Shown: piece by piece, positions 18,231-26,254 of the stretch
Numbering within the stretch: position 1 is the first letter of the stretch
Layout of the letters: each line of letters begins with the position of its first letter
IMG/VR virus record: IMGVR_UViG_3300028591_000140
Source: a virus
Lineage: Duplodnaviria > Heunggongvirae > Uroviricota > Caudoviricetes
Length of the DNA: 64,000 nt
Strand: one strand, 5' to 3'
Program-made: the position numbers and the translations under genes
The notes under the pieces: generated by a model
Told to the model about the DNA's origin: nothing
The model's input: the letters and a program-made list of their open reading frames with translations, nothing else
Databases searched by the model: none

Positions 18231-18611
18231 TTATGTATAGTCGAGCATCATCAGATACTCCTGCTTTAGAGTTTTCGCAAGATCACCCCATGTCACACGC
18301 CCTTCTGCGACTTCGTGCTGGAGTTTTACGACCTCTTTCCACGTAGTATCCATATCCACGGCTCCCGGGTGCTTGTCCAGAAGTGTATTGAACCAGATCA
18401 AATCAGCACATTTTAGACCGAGTTGCAGCCCACTGGCAAAGGATTGATCCACGTCTCGCTGGGACTTTGGCTGGCTTTTAGGATTCGTCCGCTTCTTTTT
18501 ACTTTTGCTCATAGGTGTCATCTTCCTTCTCGTCTCGAGTGAAGTAAAATATAATAGCTGGGATAAACAGGATTTCAATCCATTTGAGTAGCATGTTTTC
18601 TCTTCTCCCAC
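18231..18611 (-). CDS. Hypothetical protein (true start possibly the internal MTPMSKSKKKR)
   Basis: ORF overlapping the next ORF; start uncertain. Confidence 0.35.
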   Translation of the reverse strand: MGEEKTCYSNGLKSCLSQLLYFTSLETRRKMTPMSKSKKKRTNPKSQPKSQRDVDQSFASGLQLGLKCADLIWFNTLLDKHPGAVDMDTTWKEVVKLQHEVAEGRVTWGDLAKTLKQEYLMMLDYT

Positions 18612-18880
18612 TGTCTTTTGGCTTTCTGACGAGCTTTACGCATAATTCGTCTGACACGTCTCCAAGCCCTACTGCTGGAAATATCAATAGCGAATGTGGC
18701 GGAGAGGTCTCTTTTGAGCTGCTTGAATTCTTCCCGATCTCGCTCATTGGCCTTTTCATCGTCTATGTCCAGCACAATTTCGCTTAAATCAATCCCGCTC
18801 AGAAAACGAATGGGCTCTGTAGAATCGGAGGATGGAGCAAAATATAATGCCCCACCCTCCATAGTCATCTTGGATTCCAT
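18575..18880 (-). CDS. Hypothetical protein
   Basis: 101-aa ORF. Confidence 0.35.
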   Translation of the reverse strand: MESKMTMEGGALYFAPSSDSTEPIRFLSGIDLSEIVLDIDDEKANERDREEFKQLKRDLSATFAIDISSSRAWRRVRRIMRKARQKAKRQWEKRKHATQMD

Positions 18881-19752
18881 CAGAACTCATTCAGCAGGAT
18901 CTGCATGGCCTGCTCGGAATTGAAGCCCTGGTCGATCAGAGACTGATAGAAAGTATGTCTCTTCCATGCCAGCTTGTCCAGATCTCTCCGGATAGCATCC
19001 ATCTCAGCATCATTCTTGAGATCCTCGATGGCTTTCTGGCGATCAGCCTCCAGCTCGGCCTGCTTGGCACTGGCGTCAAGGTTGATCTGGTCAAGAGTCT
19101 TCTTCTGTTCAGCGGTGAAATTCATAGTATCGTCTCCTTTATTAAATATAATGTGATTGGTATAGTCCTGGTTATTAACCGGCTGTGGATCAATTCGTCT
19201 GACAATCATGTCGGCCAAGTCATCCACAGCGCCTCTCGGGTACATGTCGATCGGTCGAATTTTAATCTCTGCACGCTTTTTCAAGCATGCGGTTAGAGAC
19301 TCTAATTCTTCCTGCTTCTTCTCAGAGAACTTGGTATAGTCGATTACATCGGGCCAGAAGCGAGCATCCAGCATATCTACCTTTTTGGGCAAATATAAGT
19401 CTCGATACCAACCTATCGGCAAATCGAGAGGAATGGGATGCATGCTTTCATTGCCAAGAGTGTCATTCAGGGCCTGGGTCATCTTGGAGATCTGGTATGC
19501 AAACTCATCTATAGACGTGCCATAGTCGAAAGTATGGCTCTTGGTCGTAACGATAGAGATGCAGTGTGGATGACTTTTCGGCGGTTTATCGGTGCTGATT
19601 TCCAGATTGAGTTGGAGCGTTTTATGATATGGATCGTCGTCACATGACACAGACAGAATATAATGTGAAAACTCTTCTTTCAGCCCGGCCGCAGCGAATA
19701 GATCCGCGATATAGTCGTGAATGCGCTCCAGATTAATGTCGGCTCTCATCAT
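18880..19752 (-). CDS. Hypothetical protein (290 aa)
   Basis: Long ORF; no motif recognised. Confidence 0.55.
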   Translation of the reverse strand: MMRADINLERIHDYIADLFAAAGLKEEFSHYILSVSCDDDPYHKTLQLNLEISTDKPPKSHPHCISIVTTKSHTFDYGTSIDEFAYQISKMTQALNDTLGNESMHPIPLDLPIGWYRDLYLPKKVDMLDARFWPDVIDYTKFSEKKQEELESLTACLKKRAEIKIRPIDMYPRGAVDDLADMIVRRIDPQPVNNQDYTNHIIFNKGDDTMNFTAEQKKTLDQINLDASAKQAELEADRQKAIEDLKNDAEMDAIRRDLDKLAWKRHTFYQSLIDQGFNSEQAMQILLNEF

Positions 19753-19968
19753 GGTTTATGATCCTTTCAGGTTTTCTGAATCTCTCATACTTACAAGCGG
19801 AAAATGATGCCGACATTCAATTCGTGCAAGAAACACGTTTTTATTGTCGGTAACTCCTCCGGTGCCATCAGCATTTGTGATCTTGTCGATATAGTCTCTC
19901 ATCTGAGCTGTATACTTGCAGACGGCACGATGATCACATTTCGTGCATTCATCTTTGATAACGACCAT

Positions 19969-20202
19969 TTACTCCAGTCCTTTCTGTTTCTTGATTTCAT
20001 AGACGGCAGCTCTCAGATGGTTCCCAAGCTCGGCGCTGCATGTCGGGCAAATGGCAGATCCTTTCTTAAATATAAATCGAGGTCCGGCAATGAATTTCTG
20101 CCACTTCATCCACGAATCATCAACGCCTTGCTGGGCCTCAGTGAAGAATCGACTTTCCCCGCAAATATCGCAGGTTAGCATCACGCCTTCAGAAATACTC
20201 AT
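19969..20202 (-). CDS. Small zinc-ribbon protein
   Basis: CDICG ... CPTC. Confidence 0.4.
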   Translation of the reverse strand: MSISEGVMLTCDICGESRFFTEAQQGVDDSWMKWQKFIAGPRFIFKKGSAICPTCSAELGNHLRAAVYEIKKQKGLE

Positions 20203-20348
20203 TTATGGCTCCTTTTTGGAATATGGCCGGTTACATAGATGCGATCGTTATAAACTTCAAGAGGTACATAACTTCCATCGTCCTCATATTGCCACAGAAG
20301 CATTCCCGTATTTTCATCGAGAACGATGCGTCCAGGTCTTTCTTCCAT

Positions 20349-21332
20349 TTACTTCGCCTCCCCGGGATTCAGAGAAATCATGTAGTTGCCGTCTTCGCTC
20401 AGCACAGTACCGGGTAACTCACCATTCCACTGCTTGATCCAATAGTAGGATACGAGTTCATTGGTCAGGCTCTTGCTGATTCTCTGGTTCATCTCGGCCT
20501 CGCGCTCACCTGCATAAAGGGCTGCCTCTGCCTGGACCTTGACAACCTCCAGATCAGCGTTGGCTGCGATGAGGGCCTGGTCGGCTTCTGCCTGTGCTTT
20601 AATTTTGGCACGTTCGGCTTCCTGCTTAGATTCCATTGTCTTCTGTGCCTGTTCGGTCTCAGCTCTTAATTTGTTCTGAAGAGCGACCTGTTTTGCTTCG
20701 ACAGCCGCTGTGAATTCAGGCTCAAATTCGATATTAGAAATAGCAAGATCTTCAACGACTATGCCATAGACCTGCATCTCGGCTTTGAACAATTCTTTAA
20801 CTTCCTTGGATAGTGTTTCACGTTCTTCAATCAGCCCATCCGCAATCTTTTTACCGATTACGATTTTGCTGTCTTCTTGGAGACGCTGAATCATAATCCG
20901 ATCAAAATAATCTACACCAACTGTTTTGTAGAGTTCGCGTGCCGCAGCCGGTGTGATGGACCATGTAATGGCCATATGAAAACTGGTGTTCTGTGTATCC
21001 TTAGTGAATGCTTCATCATCGTATTCTTTCTTCTGGGTTCGATTATCCATCGTAACAATATTCTGCCATGGCTTAATGAAATTAAGACCGGCATCAATAG
21101 TTCTCGCTTCCACACGTCCGAATGAGGTCAGAATGCCAGTAAAGCCTGTCGGTACTGTGGCCAAGCATGAAGCCACCAATATAATGGCTGACAGGACGAT
21201 TGCGATCAGGAGAGGCCAAAAGACAAAGTGAGCTTTCTCCTCATCGTTTCTTTCAGCTCTGAGTCTTCCGATGATGTTGCCAATCACGATACCGGCAACC
21301 ACAGCAATGATAGAGAATATAATTGCGAACAT
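20349..21332 (-). CDS. SPFH/band-7 (stomatin/prohibitin/HflKC-like) membrane protein
   Basis: N-terminal TM region followed by a PHB-like domain and a long A/E/Q-rich coiled coil. Confidence 0.6.
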   Translation of the reverse strand: MFAIIFSIIAVVAGIVIGNIIGRLRAERNDEEKAHFVFWPLLIAIVLSAIILVASCLATVPTGFTGILTSFGRVEARTIDAGLNFIKPWQNIVTMDNRTQKKEYDDEAFTKDTQNTSFHMAITWSITPAAARELYKTVGVDYFDRIMIQRLQEDSKIVIGKKIADGLIEERETLSKEVKELFKAEMQVYGIVVEDLAISNIEFEPEFTAAVEAKQVALQNKLRAETEQAQKTMESKQEAERAKIKAQAEADQALIAANADLEVVKVQAEAALYAGEREAEMNQRISKSLTNELVSYYWIKQWNGELPGTVLSEDGNYMISLNPGEAK

Positions 21333-21335
21333 GGT

Positions 21336-21812
21336 TTAATTTTCCTTTCTTTTATTACGTTTTAGTGACTCAAAGTCCACATGTTCACCAGTTGTGTGAA
21401 TAAGGGAAAGGGTTCCATCTTGGATAACAGATCCGTCATTCAAATATAAGCCATCAAAGAACCCCGTCATGATTCCTGTTCCGTCTGGACCATAATAGAT
21501 CCTTGTTACCATGAAAATGGCGTCAGGATCCTGCGGGTAATAGCAAATATCACCTACTTGAATGGGATCAACATGTATGGTATTTGAAGAGGCGATCATC
21601 TCCATATGATTGAAGTCAATTTTACCTTCACTAACAAGGTAATCGAACTTTGCCAAAGCTTCCTCTTCGGAATCGGCATAGACATTAAAATAGTCTACAA
21701 AAGTTTCTTCATGCCGAATTTTATATATCATGCGTTGTCCTTTCTTATTCTGTATGTTTAGGGAATGTTGCGACGTACTTAAAAACACACTGGGACATGA
21801 ATTTTGCATCAC
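21336..21812 (-). CDS. Hypothetical protein; paralog of 22082..22549
   Basis: N-terminal YFNVYADSEEEALAKFDYLVSEGKIDFNHMEMIASS versus YFEVEADNEAEAMDAYQHLVQEAKIDYGDMEMVDSS. Confidence 0.5.
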   Translation of the reverse strand: MMQNSCPSVFLSTSQHSLNIQNKKGQRMIYKIRHEETFVDYFNVYADSEEEALAKFDYLVSEGKIDFNHMEMIASSNTIHVDPIQVGDICYYPQDPDAIFMVTRIYYGPDGTGIMTGFFDGLYLNDGSVIQDGTLSLIHTTGEHVDFESLKRNKRKEN

Positions 21813-22140
21813 CAGGCCAATCCTGATACTCTCGATAACGCTTTATGGTAAATATCTCTTCGCCATTTCGAAAGTATTGACAGAAATCGCCCTGGGTGTT
21901 TTCGCGTTTGGAGAATTCTTCTGGATGCTCTGAAACATAATCGGGAGTTAATCCACATTGTTCCAGGCATTCCTTTAAGAATTCGTCGTATTTCTTGGCA
22001 ACATCTTGAGCATAAGCTTGAATGAAATCCTGAAGCTGCTCCAGTTCAGTGATGTCAGGCTGATAGGAGTCCAGTAGTCTCTTATCCATTAATTTTGATA
22101 GGCCACACTTTTTCTGTTCCAAACATGAATATGGAGGCAT
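21745..22140 (-). CDS. Hypothetical protein
   Basis: 131-aa ORF. Confidence 0.4.
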   Translation of the reverse strand: MPPYSCLEQKKCGLSKLMDKRLLDSYQPDITELEQLQDFIQAYAQDVAKKYDEFLKECLEQCGLTPDYVSEHPEEFSKRENTQGDFCQYFRNGEEIFTIKRYREYQDWPGDAKFMSQCVFKYVATFPKHTE

Positions 22141-22549
22141 CTGAACCTCTGGTGAAAACTAAAGCTGGATAAGTTCGACCGGTTCTCCAGATACGATCGG
22201 GCGAAAGCACTTCCTTTTGAATAACCGTTCCATCATGTCGAATTGCGTCGAATTCCATCCAGGACTTCATGTTTCCATCTTCGCCATTTGAAAATCGTCT
22301 CCGAATGCTGGTGATGATAAAGTGACGATCTTCTGGATGAATTTTATCGGCAGCCCAGAAGCATTCTTGTCCGACTTCAAAATTCTCTCGGATCAACTTG
22401 TCGGATGAATCCACCATCTCCATATCACCGTAGTCGATCTTTGCTTCTTGGACCAAATGCTGATAAGCATCCATGGCTTCTGCCTCATTATCGGCCTCGA
22501 CTTCAAAATATCCGACCAGTTCCTCTCTGTGTTCAATTTTAAATTTCAA
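22082..22549 (-). CDS. Hypothetical protein; paralog of 21336..21812
   Basis: See the paralog entry. Confidence 0.5.
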   Translation of the reverse strand: MKFKIEHREELVGYFEVEADNEAEAMDAYQHLVQEAKIDYGDMEMVDSSDKLIRENFEVGQECFWAADKIHPEDRHFIITSIRRRFSNGEDGNMKSWMEFDAIRHDGTVIQKEVLSPDRIWRTGRTYPALVFTRGSDASIFMFGTEKVWPIKING

Positions 22550-22980
22550 TTTCTTCCCTCCTTAAAAAACCCAGCTAAGAGAATCTTCCAGTCATCCCAA
22601 TCAGGTTCCGCGGAAAAATAAAAAGGCGATTCACTAAACCATTTATCCTTCTTCTCCTCAGAAATATCATGGAAATCGTGGAAGACATCTGGCAAGGTCT
22701 TGGATTTTGGACAGGGAGGAGGCGGAACCCAGTCTTTGTCGTGAAGAGCATAATAAACAACATCGACCCCTTCTGCTAATTCTTCATTTGCATAGAGGCC
22801 CATGCCGGAAATATAATGTTCCTCGTCGATGGCTATCTTCAGAGGTTTCCATCTGGATTCTCCGAGATCGCAATCAGCTAATCCTGGACGAATATGAATG
22901 ATTCCATGGCGTTCGAGAGAACCATCAACTGGGTATTTGATTAATAAACGCGACTGGTCTAAAACTTTCATCTCGCTCAT
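22546..22980 (-). CDS. Hypothetical protein
   Basis: 144-aa ORF. Confidence 0.45.
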   Translation of the reverse strand: MSEMKVLDQSRLLIKYPVDGSLERHGIIHIRPGLADCDLGESRWKPLKIAIDEEHYISGMGLYANEELAEGVDVVYYALHDKDWVPPPPCPKSKTLPDVFHDFHDISEEKKDKWFSESPFYFSAEPDWDDWKILLAGFFKEGRN

Positions 22981-23096
22981 CTCCTTTCTGAATCAAAAAA
23001 AAATAAAGAGAGGTTAAAAACTTAGCCTCTCTTTTGGTTGCTTTACAGGGTCTTCTTCATTTTGCTCACCTCCTCCTTAAATCAAAAATATAGGAT

Positions 23097-24530
23097 TTAC
23101 CAGGTGTACTCGCTGATCTTCTTCTCGAGAGATCCGACACCTTCCTCAGCCAGGAGGATGAAGTCGAAGACCTTCTCAGACCAGCCGGCGATGATATTAG
23201 TCTTTTTGCCGTAGAACTGCTGGGTGCCATAACCCTGAAGATCCACAGCGTGAACCCAAATATCATTTCCGGTCTCCCGACGATACCGATCAGCCAGAGA
23301 CTGAACAGGAGCTCTCCAACTGGAGTTGCACTCGTTGTCGGAAAGGATGATGATACGGTCAGCCTTGATCTTCTGCTGGGTCATGGCCATGAACGGAAGC
23401 TCCATATAGGTTCCTCCGCCGCATCTGCTGGACGATACTGCCTCCAGAATGCTGACTCGCTTCGGAACAGTGACGTTCTTGATCTGGTTATTGAACGTGT
23501 AGACGACAGCGTCCTCACAGATCCGATTAGCGATCAGACCGAGCATGAAGGAAATATCACAGCAGCGGACATCGGATTTGTCGCTGACAGGATCGCTCAT
23601 AGATCCGGAAATATCAATCGCAATGACCGTCTTTCCCGGAATCTTGGGCAGGTTGGAGATCGAAGCGTCCAGAGCATCCTCAAGCACATCATAGGTCTTG
23701 CTGGTGCCGAGGCCCTCATTCTTCAGAGTCCTGTATGCCGACAGGAATCGGAACGGGAGCTGCTTGGACTTCCTGACCGCCACAGGATCACGAAGTTTGG
23801 CGTAGACATCATCCAGGTTATACGGATCAGCCTTAATGATGTTGCGCAGGTTTCTCATCATAGCCATGTAACCGAGCTTCTTGCCTTCGATGAGATCCTC
23901 CCAAACCTCTTTCTTGTTTCCTCTGGCGCTGAGCTGAGTCTCCCAGGTTTCAGGGATCTCCATGGTTCCCTCAATGCAGCGCTTCCAGAGTGCAGCCTGC
24001 TCACCATTCATAGGCTTGGGACGGCAGAGACACAGGAGGTCACGCATCTTGACGGACTTGGAATCACCCTTATACTTGGCGAGGCTGTACTCATCCAGGG
24101 TCTTGAGGACATCGCCGATTCCCTTCTTCAGAGAGTTGGGGATGGGCTTGCCGAAGGTTGCGAGGTAGTAAGACATGATCTCAGTGATGTCGTCTGCTCT
24201 CACGGCAACACCTTTGACTGTCTGGCGCACGAAAGGTTTACCCTCAGGTGCATGGGCGAGATGGGCCGTCAGGACATGAGAAATGGACCTCATGTTAAAC
24301 TCCCGTCTGGCAAAGACAGCGAGATTGCTGACAAACTCGGGATCAGCCTTGATGACTCGATCCAGAGTCTCCAGAATATCATCGCTGTTGTCCCCATAAA
24401 ACTTCTTCTCGTTGAAGAAGCTGGTGAGGACCTGAGTGACGAGCTTGGATTTGTCGGCCATAGAGTATGCGACATGTCCTTCGTGGTTGGTCGTGCGAAT
24501 GGTGGGTCTCGGGGAATTGAACTTAGCCAT
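23097..24530 (-). CDS. rsr: Ro60/Rsr-like protein: TROVE domain plus C-terminal vWA domain with MIDAS motif
   Basis: vWA MIDAS DISGSM (VIAIDISGSMSD). Size about 477 aa from ATG at 24530 with SD GGAGGTG. Long helical TROVE-like N-terminal region. Sits immediately upstream of the Y-RNA-like array. Confidence 0.6.
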   Translation of the reverse strand: MAKFNSPRPTIRTTNHEGHVAYSMADKSKLVTQVLTSFFNEKKFYGDNSDDILETLDRVIKADPEFVSNLAVFARREFNMRSISHVLTAHLAHAPEGKPFVRQTVKGVAVRADDITEIMSYYLATFGKPIPNSLKKGIGDVLKTLDEYSLAKYKGDSKSVKMRDLLCLCRPKPMNGEQAALWKRCIEGTMEIPETWETQLSARGNKKEVWEDLIEGKKLGYMAMMRNLRNIIKADPYNLDDVYAKLRDPVAVRKSKQLPFRFLSAYRTLKNEGLGTSKTYDVLEDALDASISNLPKIPGKTVIAIDISGSMSDPVSDKSDVRCCDISFMLGLIANRICEDAVVYTFNNQIKNVTVPKRVSILEAVSSSRCGGGTYMELPFMAMTQQKIKADRIIILSDNECNSSWRAPVQSLADRYRRETGNDIWVHAVDLQGYGTQQFYGKKTNIIAGWSEKVFDFILLAEEGVGSLEKKISEYTW

Positions 24531-24689
24531 AGTTTGGCACCTCCGAAAAATTTTTATAGTAGGGAAAATATGATGGACCTCCCGTCTAAACAGAGAAAAG
24601 CAAAGTCGGATAAATGGTTTTTGGAAAAGTGGTGCAGACACTTTTAAAAATATGTTCATCTTGAAGTAACCGACTTTAACACTACTGTC

Positions 24690-24836
24690 CAGACAGGAGG
24701 TACCAAAACAAACCGAGAATTTCTGAAGCGCTTTAAAAGACAGTCCGGGATGGGCTGTTTATAGGATTCGAACCTATTAAAAACGAGTATTAATCATTTT
24801 ATTAACCGAAGTAAGCGCATCATACACTGCGGTAGT
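24690..24836 (-). ncRNA. Y-RNA-like (YrlA-like) tRNA-mimic module Y5
   Basis: Minus-strand order: GCAGUGUAUGAUGCGCUUACUUC, then T-arm AUAGG-UUCGAAU-CCUAU, then acceptor-like hairpin (AAACAG ... CUGUCUUU), then GCGCUUCAG-AAAUUCUCGG tail. Boundaries approximate. Confidence 0.4.
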
Positions 24837-25049
24837 TTTGCAGAATATAAATAGGTCTTAGATGCGATGAATTCGAGAGCGGTTAAAAATCGTCACGGTG
24901 AACGAGAAGCCGCGGCGATTAAAAAGCAGCGGACTCAAGAGAAAGGCAAAGACTTAAGCCGCCGAAAAAGTACAAGGAGGTCTTGTATGAAAATCATCAT
25001 CTTGAAGTAACCGACCTCTGCAATGCACATCTAAGACCTTGTGGAGAAT

Positions 25050-25173
25050 GCGGAGAATATCTGAAACGGTTTAATTTTGCTTTTTGCTCTACCGACTGAG
25101 CTACATCTCAAAATGAGAAGATAAGATTCGAACTTACGACAGAAAAGGAAGTAACCGTTTCATTCACTACCGC
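25050..25173 (-). ncRNA. Y-RNA-like (YrlA-like) tRNA-mimic module Y2
   Basis: Minus strand: GCGGUAGUGAAUGAAACGGUUACUUCC (GGUAGUGA matches the conserved Ro-binding-stem sequence of Y RNAs); T-arm GUAAG-UUCGAAU-CUUAU; closed acceptor hairpin CUUCUCA-UUU-UGAGAUG; D-arm UA-GCUC-AGUCGGUA-GAGC; then AAACCGUUUCAG, complementary to UGAAACGGUU of the 5' part. Confidence 0.5.
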
Positions 25174-25178
25174 ATAGT

Positions 25179-25310
25179 TGGCGAGGATGACCGGAATCGA
25201 ACCAGTGTCGTCGGCAATTACAGTGCGAAGTAACCATTTCATACACTTCAAATATAATTGAGGAAAACTGAAAAGGTACATTACGCCGTTCTACCACTGA
25301 ACTACATCCT
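25179..25310 (-). tRNA. tRNA-like gene with about 58-nt internal insertion: perfect 7-bp acceptor GAGGAUG/CAUCCUC, D-arm, T-arm, encoded GCCA; anticodon-like loop CUGUAAU (GUA, Tyr-like)
   Basis: 5' half GAGGATG-TA-GTTC-AGTGGTA-GAAC-G at 25286-25310; 3' half ACTGG-TTCGATT-CCGGT-CATCCTC-G-CCA ending 25179. Between them lies GCGTAATGTACCTTTTCAG ... GAAGTGTATGAAATGGTTACTTC, the same helix element as in the Y-RNA-like modules. Insertion position (D-arm/anticodon-stem junction) is non-canonical. Confidence 0.5.
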
Positions 25311-25384
25311 CGAAATATAGGCCGAGCAATTCAAATTCGCTTTTAAATTCAATAAATTAGCATAATATATCATGCTTTGCGTAA

Positions 25385-25470
25385 CCACACGCCTGTATAC
25401 AAATACAGATAGGAGTCGAACCTATGAACTCGTTGAAGTAAGCGGATCTCTCACTACGGCCTGAATTGTA
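25385..25470 (-). ncRNA. Y-RNA-like module Y3 (more degenerate)
   Basis: GGCCGUAGUGAGAG ... CUUACUUC, T-arm AUAGG-UUCGACU-CCUAU, acceptor hairpin CUGUAU-UUGU-AUACAG, D-arm-like GCGUGUGGUUACGC. Confidence 0.35.
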
Positions 25471-25499
25471 GGAAGGAGGAGCCGAGAAAACCAAAGTCA

Positions 25500-25612
25500 G
25501 ATAAAAACTTGAAGGGGTGATGTAACAAGACAGCCTTCAAGGGTCGAGTAACTAACTCTAAATTATGGCAGTTGAAGTATCTGGCTTCTGCACTACGGCT
25601 CTTATGGATTAA
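25500..25612 (-). ncRNA. Y-RNA-like stem element Y4 without tRNA-like domain; ends in a hairpin plus U-run
   Basis: GAGCCGUAGUGCAGAAGCC ... CUUCAACUGCC, then CUUGAAGG/CCUUCAAG 8-bp hairpin followed by UUUUUAUCUG (intrinsic terminator-like). Confidence 0.35.
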
Positions 25613-25821
25613 AAATATGATCCCAAATACGATAAAATTGATCTCGGTTGAGGTGTATTGATGGAAAAGGAGATCAAAGAATGGATGAAGGGAGACGACC
25701 TTTCTTTAGTCTCTAAGGTCATAAAGAGTCCGCAAAGCCAAGGAGGTACGTCAAATTTTATGTTCTTCGAAGTAACCGAGCTCTGCAATGCGTATTCGGG
25801 ATCAAGGGTGGATCTGCGGAG

Positions 25822-25947
25822 AAAAAGCTGAAACGGTACATATAGCGCTCTATCCGACTGAGCTACCACTCTGAACGAGTAGACTGGATTCGAACCAATG
25901 ACCTCTTCATCCCTAATGAAGTAACCGTTTCATACACTGCCGCAGCG
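25822..25947 (-). ncRNA. Y-RNA-like (YrlA-like) tRNA-mimic module Y1
   Basis: Minus strand: GCGGCAGUGUAUGAAACGGUUACUUCA; variable-arm-like hairpin CUUCA-UUAGGGA-UGAAG; T-arm AUUGG-UUCGAAU-CCAGU; closed acceptor-like stem CUACUCG-UUC-AGAGUGG; D-arm UA-GCUC-AGUCGGAUA-GAGC; GUACCGUUUCAGC pairing with UGAAACGGUUAC (10 bp, one bulged U); then UUUUU. Confidence 0.5.
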
Positions 25948-25950
25948 GAA

Positions 25951-26112
25951 TTATTCAGGTTTGGATTTCATTCCGTACTTCTTGCCGTCCGAAGCGACAA
26001 AAATATACTTATGCGGGATCAAAGTATCTGCTCCCACAAGGCAGGCGCAGATCAGATAGGTAACACCGATGCTTCCGAGACTTTTGGCAATGGCTACCGC
26101 AACGTCTTTCAT
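25951..26112 (-). CDS. Possible 53-aa small membrane protein (MKDVAVAIAKSLGSIGVTYLICACLVGADTL ...)
   Basis: ATG with upstream GGA-rich SD; hydrophobic core. Not in the supplied ORF track (below 60 aa); lies inside the ncRNA array. Confidence 0.3.
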   Translation of the reverse strand: MKDVAVAIAKSLGSIGVTYLICACLVGADTLIPHKYIFVASDGKKYGMKSKPE

Positions 26113-26254
26113 TTGTGTTCCATCCTTTCTAAATTACAGAAAAATATAGAGCGGAGAATATCTGATGTGGTCTAAATTCAAACAGCTTTCGAAGTAACCA
26201 CCTCATACACTTCCGCTCTCTATCATAAAAGCTGTATTTTTTGCGAATTTGCGC

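Noticed and set aside
23250-24647. 465-aa plus-strand ORF antisense to the Ro60 gene; similar long antisense ORFs at 15251..16399 (382 aa), 29750..30475 and 62849..62980
   Set aside because: Low-complexity, biased composition (R/S/L-rich), no SD, and fully overlapping well-supported minus-strand genes. Typical antisense artefacts.
24985-25765. Plus-strand mini-ORFs (MKIIILK, MFFEVTELCNAYSGSRVDLRRKS) with perfect AGGAGG SDs as leader peptides
   Set aside because: The conserved nucleotide block is read in different frames in different copies, so no conserved peptide exists. Interpreted as an RNA-level element instead.
25609-25869. 86-aa minus-strand ORF in the ORF track
   Set aside because: Lies entirely within the structured ncRNA array and overlaps T-arm and D-arm sequences; no RBS. 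Judged spurious.
25055-25950. Genuine circularly permuted or split (Nanoarchaeum-like) tRNA genes
   Set aside because: The permuted units carry a Ro-binding-stem signature (GGUAGUGA) and pair their outer ends into a stem. They lack anticodon arms at the expected place, and acceptor pairing is imperfect (A1-G72 in Y1, U-U in Y2). So the Y-RNA mimic reading is preferred, but it is not excluded without RNA data.
24660-26240. CRISPR array, or simple tandem tRNA operon, as the explanation for the repeated approximately 30-nt elements
   Set aside because: Repeat spacing is irregular; repeats are imperfect and embedded in tRNA-like stems (T-arms, D-arms). There is no constant-length spacer architecture. 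The tRNA halves occur in permuted order with closed acceptor hairpins, which fits a YrlA-type Y-RNA architecture better than either CRISPR or ordinary tRNAs.
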